IMG/VR virus record: IMGVR_UViG_3300027844_000115
Span: 1 to 30,289 of that record
DNA: 30,289 nucleotides
Source of the DNA: a virus
Taxonomy: Duplodnaviria > Caudoviricetes
Reading direction: 5' to 3' (one strand)
Shown here: positions 1 to 7,736 of the stretch, in pieces
Position numbering within the stretch: the stretch's first letter is position 1
Layout: each line of letters starts with the position of its first letter
Made by a program: the position numbers and the translations under genes
Notes under the pieces: generated by a model
The model's database searches: none
Told to the model about the DNA's origin: nothing
Seen by the model: the letters and a program-made list of their open reading frames with translations, nothing else

Positions 1-1
1 T

Positions 2-154
2 AAAGAGCAGTACCCTGAGTTAGATATTCGTTTTGTGTTTAGCAACGCACGTGCCCGTATTAGTAAGAAATCTAAAACAACACACGGCATGTGGTGTCAG
101 AAGTATGGCTTCCTGTATGCACACCAAACAATACCAAAGGAATGGTTAGATTAA
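2..154 (+). CDS. gp3: Endonuclease I / Holliday junction resolvase, C-terminal part (5'-truncated by the window)
   Basis: Frame 2 reads KEQYPELDIRFVFSNARARISKKSKTTHGMWCQKYGFLYAHQTIPKEWLD*, matching the T7 gp3 C-terminal pattern (HPELDIRIVFS...IPAEW). Not in the ORF track. Confidence 0.92.
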   Translation, partial: KEQYPELDIRFVFSNARARISKKSKTTHGMWCQKYGFLYAHQTIPKEWLD

Positions 155-156
155 AC

Positions 157-209
157 TTGTCCCTCCTCGGACAATGGGTACGTAGTTTCTCTTTCTCCTC
201 TGCGTACCC
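157..209 (+). promoter_or_regulatory. Tandem RNA hairpins with pyrimidine (CUCCU) loops upstream of the primase
   Basis: TTGTCC-ctcctc-GGACAA (157-174) and GGGTACGTAG-tttctctttctcct-CTGCGTACCC (176-209, 10 bp with one G-U pair). Confidence 0.65.
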
Positions 210-224
210 GCTTAGGAAAAATTT

Positions 225-1814
225 ATGAAACAAGAATCAGAATTTATACATCACGTTCCATGTACTGTATGTGGAAGTAAAGACAATGCAGCTGTCTATT
301 CAGATGGACATTCATATTGTTTTGGGTGCGGACACATAGAGTCGGGAGATGAGATAGTGAATACAACACCAAACTTAGAAAAACAAATTAACTTTATAGA
401 TTACGAAGTAGTAGAACTTAGTCGCCGTAAGTTAGATATCAAAACATTAAAGAAATTTAATTATGGTGTGGGCAGTAGCAACGGGAAACCTGTGCAAGTT
501 GCTAACTACTACAACACTAACAATCAATTAGTTGCACAGAAGTTGCGCTACCCTGATAAAAGTTTTCAGTGGATAGGCGATGCAAAAGACAGTGTTCTTT
601 TTGGACAACAACTGTGGCGTGACAAAGGTAAGATGGTTGTAATAACTGAAGGTGAGATAGACGCTCTGTCTGTGTCCCGTGTTCAAGAAAACAAATGGCC
701 TGTGGTATCTGTTAAGTCAGGGGCACAAGGGGCCAAGCGTGACATACAACGTCAGCTTGAATGGTTAGAAAACTTTGAACAAGTTATCCTTATGTTTGAC
801 CAAGATGAGCCCGGCAAGAAAGCTGCCCTTGAATGTGCGAAATTGTTCAGCCCTAACAAAGCGAGAATTTGCCAGCTTCCCTTGAAAGACGCTAATGAAA
901 TGTTAGTGGCAGGGAAAACTAAAGAACTTATAGATTGTATGTGGGCCAGCAAAGCGTATCGCCCTGATGGGATTGTATCAGGCGCAGATTTGTGGGACAG
1001 CATCCAGAAAGAAGATGATTATGTTTCAGTAGACTACCCGTTCCCATTATTAAATGTTAAGACGCATGGGTTACGTAAGTCAGAGCTGGTTACTATCACC
1101 GCTGGTAGTGGTGTAGGTAAGAGTAGTTTTTGTAGGCACGTTGCCTCACATTTACTACAGAATAATTATAGCGTTGGGTACATTGCGCTTGAAGAAACAG
1201 TAAAGCGTAGTGCTTTAGGCGTGATGGGTATCAACTTACAAAAGCCTTTGCACTTAACTCGTGAAGGTGTAGACACAAAAGAATTAGAAAAATGTTTTAA
1301 AGAAACTGTAGGCAACGGTAACTTCTATCTTTATAATCACTTCGGTAGTACAGCTTCAGATAATTTAATTAGTAAAATTAGATACTTAGCAAAAGCATGC
1401 AACGTGGACTTCGTTATCTTAGACCATTTGCATATTGCATTAAGTGCTGTTGGAGAAGATATAGGTGACGAGCGGAAGCTCATAGATTACACTGTTACTA
1501 AACTGCGTACGTTAGTAGAAGAGACAGGGATTGGACTCATCCTTGTCAGCCACTTACGACGTCCGGAAGGTAACAGAGGTTATGAAGATGGGGTTCCTGT
1601 CAGCATGAACGCGCTGCGTGGCAGTGCATCTATTGGCCAACTGTCAGATATGATTATAAGTATGCAACGAGATTTGCAGGCGGAAGATAATCAAACACAG
1701 CTACATGTATTAAAAAATAGATTCAGCGGAGAGACTGGGAAAGCGTGCACACTACAGTATAATTTAGAGACTGGGTGTTTAACGCAGACTGAGGATTTCG
1801 CTGATGACTTTTGA
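225..1814 (+). CDS. gp4: DNA primase-helicase
   Basis: Zn finger CTVC...CFGC, TOPRIM motifs ITEGEIDALS and FDQDEPG, Walker A AGSGVGKS, DnaB-family motifs ILDHLH, LVSHLRR, LRGSASIGQLSD, KNRFSG. Confidence 0.97.
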   Translation: MKQESEFIHHVPCTVCGSKDNAAVYSDGHSYCFGCGHIESGDEIVNTTPNLEKQINFIDYEVVELSRRKLDIKTLKKFNYGVGSSNGKPVQVANYYNTNNQLVAQKLRYPDKSFQWIGDAKDSVLFGQQLWRDKGKMVVITEGEIDALSVSRVQENKWPVVSVKSGAQGAKRDIQRQLEWLENFEQVILMFDQDEPGKKAALECAKLFSPNKARICQLPLKDANEMLVAGKTKELIDCMWASKAYRPDGIVSGADLWDSIQKEDDYVSVDYPFPLLNVKTHGLRKSELVTITAGSGVGKSSFCRHVASHLLQNNYSVGYIALEETVKRSALGVMGINLQKPLHLTREGVDTKELEKCFKETVGNGNFYLYNHFGSTASDNLISKIRYLAKACNVDFVILDHLHIALSAVGEDIGDERKLIDYTVTKLRTLVEETGIGLILVSHLRRPEGNRGYEDGVPVSMNALRGSASIGQLSDMIISMQRDLQAEDNQTQLHVLKNRFSGETGKACTLQYNLETGCLTQTEDFADDF

Positions 1815-2004
1815 GAAAGAAATAAATTGGGGTGATGTCATACTTGCTGCTTTGTTTAAGCTTAGCAACACAGACGATGAGGTGACTATCGCCGTGCCTG
1901 ATGATAACACAGCCAAGATTGTTATACAGACCCTGGCTTCTTTACAAGAAGCAGGGGATTTAGATGTCTGGAGAATCAATGTCAAAATTGATACCACACA
2001 TTAA
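1804..2004 (+). CDS. Hypothetical protein (66 aa)
   Basis: ATG overlaps the gp4 end, GAGG upstream, fills the gap before the polymerase. No recognisable motif. Confidence 0.7.
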   Translation: MTFEKEINWGDVILAALFKLSNTDDEVTIAVPDDNTAKIVIQTLASLQEAGDLDVWRINVKIDTTH

Positions 2005-2045
2005 ACCTAAAGGATGTAATAGTAGTTTGACAATAGGAGACAGAT

Positions 2046-3776
2046 TTGAAATATTGTTTTGATATAGAATCCAATGGCCTGTTAAAAGAAACAACAGAGA
2101 TACATTGTATTGTTTCGAAAGACATTGACACTGGTGAAGTATACACTGAACCTGTGCCTGAAGCTCTCCAACGTTTAAAAGATGCAGAGCTTATCATCGG
2201 CCATAACATAATTAAATTTGATATACCTGTATTACGTAAACTTCACGGCTTTAAAACTAAGGCCAATATATTTGATACTCTTATAGCAACGCGGTTAATA
2301 TACCCTGACATTGCTGGTACAGATTTTGCTAAACAAAATTTCCCGAGAGATTGTATAGGACGTCATAGTTTAAAAGCCTGGGGTTATCGTATTGGTAATT
2401 ACAAAGGTGACTATCAAGGTGGCTTTGATATATTTACAAAAGAAATGCTAGAGTATTGTGTACAAGATGTTGAAGTTACAACAGCGCTGTGGATACGTAT
2501 ACAGCAAGCTGGTTATTCACGACAAGCTATGGAGTTAGAACATAAAGTCGTAACCACTATCCATGAACAGGAACAACACGGGTTTTCTTTTAATGTAAAG
2601 AAAGCACAGGAGTTGTCAGCTGTTCTTAACGCAAGGCTCTTCGACCTTAACGAAGAACTACAAACTGTGTTCCCTCCCAAACTTGTACGAACACCTTTCA
2701 CACCGAAAGGAAACAATAAAACTAGAGGGTACGTAAAGGGTGTTCCTACCTTTAAAGAGAAAATAGTTCCTTTCAATCCTGCTAGTCGACAGCACATCGC
2801 TGACCGTCTAACAGGTTTACATAAATGGGAACCAGTAGAATTTACAGCAGACGGGAAACCTAAGTTGGATGATGCTATTCTTAGTAGCCTTCCTTACCCG
2901 GAGGCAAAACCTTTGGCAGAACATTTCTTGTTAGAGAAACGTATTGCCCAAATCGCTAACGGAAAACAGGCGTGGTTAAAATGTGAAGTAGATGGTAGGA
3001 TACATGGAAATTGTAATACCAATTCCACTGTAACTGGCCGCGCCTCACATACTAATCCAAACTTAGCACAAGTCCCTGGTGTTAGTGTTCCCTATGGTAG
3101 AGAATGTCGCTCGTTGTTCACTGTATCGCCCGGCAATAAACTGGTTGGGATTGATGTCTCTGGATTAGAGGTGCGTATGTTGGCCCATTACATGGCTAAG
3201 TATGATGATGGTAAATATGCGGATGTAGTTTTGAATGGAGACATCCATACTGAGACACAGAAATTAGCTGGATTAAATAGTCGTGATTTAGCTAAACGTT
3301 TTTACTACTGTTTTCTATACGGGGGTGGTGTTAAAAAGATTGCACAAGTCACAGGGAAGAGTGTGCATGAAGCATCCAAAGTAAAGAAACGTTTTTTAAA
3401 TAACTTACCAGCTCTCAATACGCTCATTGAAAATGTACAGCTGGCTGCCGCTCGCGGTTATTTAATCGGTTTAGATAAGAGAAATGTTAAAGTACGTTCT
3501 CCTCACGCTGCGCTTAACACGCTGTTACAATCAGGTGGTGCCATCGTATGTAAGCAATGGCTCATTGAATTTGACACAGCTGTCGCTAAATACCCTGACG
3601 TCCAACAAGTTGTTTGGGTACATGATGAGATACAAGTTGAGTGTCCAGCAGCGCTGGCTGATACCGTTGGACAGATTGCAGTTGATGCTATTGAACGCAC
3701 AGGAAAACATTTCAATCTCCGATTACCTCTCACTGGGGAATATAACATTGGAGATAACTGGAGTGAAACACATTGA
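2046..3776 (+). CDS. gp5: Family A DNA polymerase with 3'-5' exonuclease
   Basis: Exo motifs FDIESNG, GHNIIKFD, YCVQDV. Motif A GIDVSGLEVR, motif B AKRFYYCFLYGGG, motif C WVHDE. TTG start with AGGAG SD. Confidence 0.97.
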   Translation: MKYCFDIESNGLLKETTEIHCIVSKDIDTGEVYTEPVPEALQRLKDAELIIGHNIIKFDIPVLRKLHGFKTKANIFDTLIATRLIYPDIAGTDFAKQNFPRDCIGRHSLKAWGYRIGNYKGDYQGGFDIFTKEMLEYCVQDVEVTTALWIRIQQAGYSRQAMELEHKVVTTIHEQEQHGFSFNVKKAQELSAVLNARLFDLNEELQTVFPPKLVRTPFTPKGNNKTRGYVKGVPTFKEKIVPFNPASRQHIADRLTGLHKWEPVEFTADGKPKLDDAILSSLPYPEAKPLAEHFLLEKRIAQIANGKQAWLKCEVDGRIHGNCNTNSTVTGRASHTNPNLAQVPGVSVPYGRECRSLFTVSPGNKLVGIDVSGLEVRMLAHYMAKYDDGKYADVVLNGDIHTETQKLAGLNSRDLAKRFYYCFLYGGGVKKIAQVTGKSVHEASKVKKRFLNNLPALNTLIENVQLAAARGYLIGLDKRNVKVRSPHAALNTLLQSGGAIVCKQWLIEFDTAVAKYPDVQQVVWVHDEIQVECPAALADTVGQIAVDAIERTGKHFNLRLPLTGEYNIGDNWSETH

Positions 3777-4174
3777 GTCCAAGAAAAGGTCAACCTGATT
3801 TCGATAAAGATTTACAGTATGGTTTGGATAGAGAGAATCGCATTGTTGCAATTCTTGACGCTAAAAAAACTAAAGCTGAAATAAAAACTGAACGTGATTG
3901 GTGGTTCAGAAGTGGTAACATCTGTTTAGAAATAGAAAGCTACGGAAAACCATCAGGCATTATGACGACTAAGGCAGATTACTGGATACAGATACTGGCC
4001 TTAGGTGACGAGGATTATTGCAGATTAATATTTGATACTAAGACTGTTAAACGTCTAGCTAAAAAGTATTTAGATACTGCGCGTTATGGTGGTGACTATA
4101 ACAAAAGCAAGTTTATCCTTATACCGTTACGGGATTTGTTTGATAAAAAAAATTTACCAAGGATACCTAAATGA
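3773..4174 (+). CDS. Conserved phage protein, possible PD-(D/E)XK nuclease-like fold
   Basis: Overlaps both neighbours (TTGA, ATGA). ExK motif AEIKTER followed by GNICLEIESYGKPSGIMTTKADYW. Confidence 0.55.
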   Translation: MSPRKGQPDFDKDLQYGLDRENRIVAILDAKKTKAEIKTERDWWFRSGNICLEIESYGKPSGIMTTKADYWIQILALGDEDYCRLIFDTKTVKRLAKKYLDTARYGGDYNKSKFILIPLRDLFDKKNLPRIPK

Positions 4175-4908
4175 AACAATTACTAATTGATGGTGACATT
4201 TTAATTTATAGAGTGGCCACTAAATTTGAGACAGAGATTAACTGGGGTGATGGCCTCTGGACATTACACACCGACGAACGCAAATGTAAAGCAGGCCTAC
4301 GTAGAGAGCTTGCTAATCTTATGCTGTTCCTTGATGCACAAGATTATGTTGTTGCGTTCTCAGATAAAATTAATTTCCGAAAAGAAATACTGCCATCATA
4401 TAAATCAAACCGTAAAGATAAACGTAAACCTATGTTGTTTGGTTTATTAAAACAATACATTATAGATGAGCATTATGGCATTGCCTTTGATTCTTTAGAA
4501 GCTGATGATGTACTAGGCATACTAGCTACAGATACCACATCACCTGAAATTGAAAAAATAATTGTTTCTATTGATAAAGATTTGCAACAAATTCCTGGTC
4601 AGCTTTATGACGGTAGAGATATACGCACTGTCACAAAAGAACAAGGTGATTACTGGTTTCTAATGCAGACTCTAACTGGTGATGTAGTCGATGGTTATAG
4701 TGGTTGTCCTGGTATTGGAATTAAAACAGCTGAAAAATTATTAGACCCTAAAGTTTCTTTTGTAGAGAACTGGAACATTCTTGTAGAGACTTACGCCAAG
4801 AAAGGATATAGCAAAGACGAAGTGTTACAACAAGCCCGTGTAGCTAGGATACTTCGTTACGATGAGTATGATATGACACAAGGAGAGCCATTATTATGGA
4901 CAATGTAA
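4171..4908 (+). CDS. gp6: 5'-3' exonuclease
   Basis: LLIDGDIL, YKSNRK, LEADDVLGI, SIDKDL, and H3TH motif GDVVDGYSGCPGIGIKTA. Confidence 0.95.
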   Translation: MKQLLIDGDILIYRVATKFETEINWGDGLWTLHTDERKCKAGLRRELANLMLFLDAQDYVVAFSDKINFRKEILPSYKSNRKDKRKPMLFGLLKQYIIDEHYGIAFDSLEADDVLGILATDTTSPEIEKIIVSIDKDLQQIPGQLYDGRDIRTVTKEQGDYWFLMQTLTGDVVDGYSGCPGIGIKTAEKLLDPKVSFVENWNILVETYAKKGYSKDEVLQQARVARILRYDEYDMTQGEPLLWTM

Positions 4909-5147
4909 TTACGAAATATACTGAAGTAAACAACCCTGGATACTATAAGAATTATAAAATTGAACCGGTAGATTTTATTATGAAGAACCACATTCCGTAT
5001 GCTGAAGGTAATGTAATAAAATATATATGCCGTTGGCAAAAGAAACATGACACACCTGGAAATCAATTAGAAGATTTATTGAAAGCAAAACGGTATGTTG
5101 ATTTTTTAATACGGCAAGTTAAGCAACAAATTAGAAAGGAGAAATAA
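4896..5147 (+). CDS. DUF3310 family protein (related to T7 gp1.7 nucleotide kinase)
   Basis: VNNPGYY...IEPVDFI...GNVIKYICRW.KK...EDLLKAKRY pattern. Confidence 0.8.
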   Translation: MDNVITKYTEVNNPGYYKNYKIEPVDFIMKNHIPYAEGNVIKYICRWQKKHDTPGNQLEDLLKAKRYVDFLIRQVKQQIRKEK

Positions 5148-7052
5148 ATGTTACCAACAATATACCAACAATATATACACACATCCCGTTACGCCCGTTT
5201 CGATGACGTTAACAATCGCAGAGAAACATGGGTTGAAACAGTGAGAAGATACTTTGATTTCTTAGAGAAACATTTAGAAACAAAATTTAACTACAACATG
5301 GGACGGCTTAGATTGAAATTAGAACCAGCTGTTTTGAATTTAGAAATCATGCCTAGCATGCGTGCATTGATGACAGCAGGTGTCGCCCTTGATAGAGACC
5401 ACACTGCTGGCTACAACTGCAGCTACATCCCCATAGATGATATACGAAGTTTTGATGAAGTTATGTACATCTTGCTATGCGGTACCGGTGTTGGGTTTAG
5501 CGTAGAGTACAACAACGTATCACAGTTGCCTATTGTTGCCGAAACTTTTTCCAAGAGTGAGACAATCATTGTCGTCAAAGACAGCAAGGCTGGTTGGGCC
5601 AGTTCCTTTCGCGAACTCCTCGCTATGTTATACGCAGGACAAATACCTAAAGTAGATGTGACACAAGTGCGCCCTGCGGGTGCCCGTTTAAAAACGTTTG
5701 GTGGGAGAGCCTCAGGTCCACAACCATTAGTTGACTTGTTTGATTTTGCAATTGAGTTATTTCAAAAAGCAGCAGGCAGAAAACTTGAAGCTATTGAGTG
5801 TCACGATTTAGTGTGCAAGGTAGGAGAAGTAGTTGTTGTTGGTGGAGTTAGACGTTCAGCTTTAATTTCGTTGAGCAATATACAGGATGACAGCCTTCGT
5901 AAATCTAAAACTGGACAGTGGTGGATAGAGAATGGACAACGTGCACTAGCTAATAATAGCGCTGTGTATACACGGACTCCTGACATGAGTTTATTCATGA
6001 CCGAGTGGAAAGCATTATATGAAAGCAAGAGTGGTGAACGTGGTATCTTTAATCGCCAAGCAGCTAAGAATAAAGTAGCCGAGAATGGTAGAAGAGATGT
6101 TGAACATGACTTTGGTACCAACCCTTGTTCTGAGATTATCTTGAGGCCTTATCAATTTTGTAATCTAACTGAAGTGGTAGTAAGAGCGACAGACACTCAG
6201 GCCAGTCTACAAAATAAAATAGAGCTAGCTACTATTCTTGGCACCTTTCAATCTACTTTGACTGATTTTAAATACATAAGAAAATTGTGGAGAACTAACA
6301 CTGAAGAAGAAAGACTCTTAGGTGTCTCTCTTACTGGCATCATGGATAACAAACTCACGATTGCACCAAGTCCTAGTTTCTTAAACAGACTAAGGAACAC
6401 AGCTGTAGAGTGTAACAAATTATTAAGTAGTAAACTTGGTATCAATCAGTCAACAGCTATCACCTGTGTGAAACCTTCTGGCACAGTTAGCCAGCTTGTA
6501 GATTCAGCATCAGGTATTCATACAAGGTACAGCGCATATTATATTAGGACTGTTCGCATGGATATGAAGGACCCTTTGACACGCATGTTAGTTGACAAAG
6601 GTGTCCCCCATGAACCAGATGTAATGAGACCCGATGACGTAATGGTATTCTCTTTTCCACAGGCCTCTCCTAAAGGGTGCTTAACAACCCATTCATTATC
6701 AGCTATTCGCCAACTAGAAACATGGTTGATGTACCAACGTGCGTGGTGTGAACACAAGCCATCAGTTACAATCAGCGTAAAAGAAGATGAGTGGATGGAC
6801 GTCGGCGCGTGGGTATACGCAAACTTTGACGAGGTTGCAGGTATTAGTTTCTTACCAGCTTTAGACCATGTATATAAACAAGCTCCATACCAAGAAATAA
6901 CTAAGAAAGAATATGACGAGGCTGTTGCTAAGATGCCAGATAACATAGACTTTACGCACCTGTCTGCATACGAAAACGAGGACAACACTACAGGGAGTCA
7001 AGAGTTCGCCTGTGTAGGCAACAGTTGTGAACTGGTGGGCCTTGGTACTTAA
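5148..7052 (+). CDS. nrdJ: Ribonucleotide reductase, probably class II (adenosylcobalamin-dependent)
   Basis: SRYAR...RRETW, YNCSY, GGVRRSA, finger loop TNPCSEI, FCNLTE, TCVKPSGTVSQL, C-terminal CVGNSC. No ATP cone and no adjacent beta subunit. Confidence 0.85.
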   Translation: MLPTIYQQYIHTSRYARFDDVNNRRETWVETVRRYFDFLEKHLETKFNYNMGRLRLKLEPAVLNLEIMPSMRALMTAGVALDRDHTAGYNCSYIPIDDIRSFDEVMYILLCGTGVGFSVEYNNVSQLPIVAETFSKSETIIVVKDSKAGWASSFRELLAMLYAGQIPKVDVTQVRPAGARLKTFGGRASGPQPLVDLFDFAIELFQKAAGRKLEAIECHDLVCKVGEVVVVGGVRRSALISLSNIQDDSLRKSKTGQWWIENGQRALANNSAVYTRTPDMSLFMTEWKALYESKSGERGIFNRQAAKNKVAENGRRDVEHDFGTNPCSEIILRPYQFCNLTEVVVRATDTQASLQNKIELATILGTFQSTLTDFKYIRKLWRTNTEEERLLGVSLTGIMDNKLTIAPSPSFLNRLRNTAVECNKLLSSKLGINQSTAITCVKPSGTVSQLVDSASGIHTRYSAYYIRTVRMDMKDPLTRMLVDKGVPHEPDVMRPDDVMVFSFPQASPKGCLTTHSLSAIRQLETWLMYQRAWCEHKPSVTISVKEDEWMDVGAWVYANFDEVAGISFLPALDHVYKQAPYQEITKKEYDEAVAKMPDNIDFTHLSAYENEDNTTGSQEFACVGNSCELVGLGT

Positions 7053-7053
7053 C

Positions 7054-7078
7054 CACTAAGGTTCCCTTCTTAGAAGAT
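7054..7078 (+). promoter_or_regulatory. Putative phage RNA polymerase late promoter (phi6.5 position)
   Basis: CACTAAGGTTCCCTTCTTAGAAGAT, 24/25 identical to 21716-21740. Intergenic, at the start of the structural block. Confidence 0.8.
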
Positions 7079-7080
7079 AT

Positions 7081-7284
7081 ATGTCTAAATCACCGAGATT
7101 ACAGGAAATTGGGTTACCAGCTACAGCTGAAGAGCTACTTGAACTGCTTAATAAACTGTATCCTGAACGCAGTCCTGATTTAGATGATGACACTAAGACT
7201 ATGTATTTTAAAGCAGGTCAACGTGATGTGGTTCGTTTTTTAAACGTATTAAAAGAACGTTCCGAAGATAATATATTGGAATAG
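7081..7284 (+). CDS. Conserved small phage protein at the gp6.5 position
   Basis: First gene after the putative promoter. LNKLYPE...FKAGQRDVVRFL pattern. Confidence 0.75.
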   Translation: MSKSPRLQEIGLPATAEELLELLNKLYPERSPDLDDDTKTMYFKAGQRDVVRFLNVLKERSEDNILE

Positions 7285-7293
7285 GAGATACAC

Positions 7294-7515
7294 ATGGGCC
7301 CATTATTTCGTTCACCAAAGCCAACAAGACAGGCAGCAGCTCCTCCTCCCCCAGCACGTACGCCTGATGACCAGGTTAAAGCAGCAATATTAGAAATAGC
7401 ACCGGGTGGAAGTAGTGAGGACACACAAAGAAGAGCAAAAAGAGCAGGCACCAAAAGTTTACAAATACCTGCACCTGGCTTAAATATCCCTGGTGAAGAA
7501 AGGTATAATATATAA
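7294..7515 (+). CDS. Small virion protein, gp6.7-like
   Basis: AGGAG SD. N-terminal FRSPKP, Pro-rich segment, EIAPGGSSEDT recalling T7 gp6.7 EFGGSSDET. Synteny. Confidence 0.6.
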   Translation: MGPLFRSPKPTRQAAAPPPPARTPDDQVKAAILEIAPGGSSEDTQRRAKRAGTKSLQIPAPGLNIPGEERYNI

Positions 7516-7736
7516 TGGGCGGAAGAAGACGGCCACCCCCTCCTCCTCCACCACCGCCACCTGTTCCACCTGCGCCCCCAATACCTGAACAACCTACACC
7601 CCCAAAAGATAAACCAAAGAAAAATGCGAAAGCAATAAAGAAAGGCGCAATGCGTTCTGGTACTAAAGTTTTACAGTCTACAACAGGCTTAGGAATCCCT
7701 ACTAATACAGGAGGGTCAGGAGTGAACATACCTTAA
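7515..7736 (+). CDS. Small Pro/Lys-rich virion protein, gp7.3-like
   Basis: TAATG coupling at both ends, poly-Pro tract, C-terminus GGSGVNIP like T7 gp7.3 SGGGINI, directly upstream of the portal. Confidence 0.65.
   Translation: MGGRRRPPPPPPPPPPVPPAPPIPEQPTPPKDKPKKNAKAIKKGAMRSGTKVLQSTTGLGIPTNTGGSGVNIP

Noticed and set aside
2027-2055. TTGACA suggesting a sigma70 promoter before the polymerase
   Set aside because: The matching -10 position falls inside the coding sequence and is a poor match.
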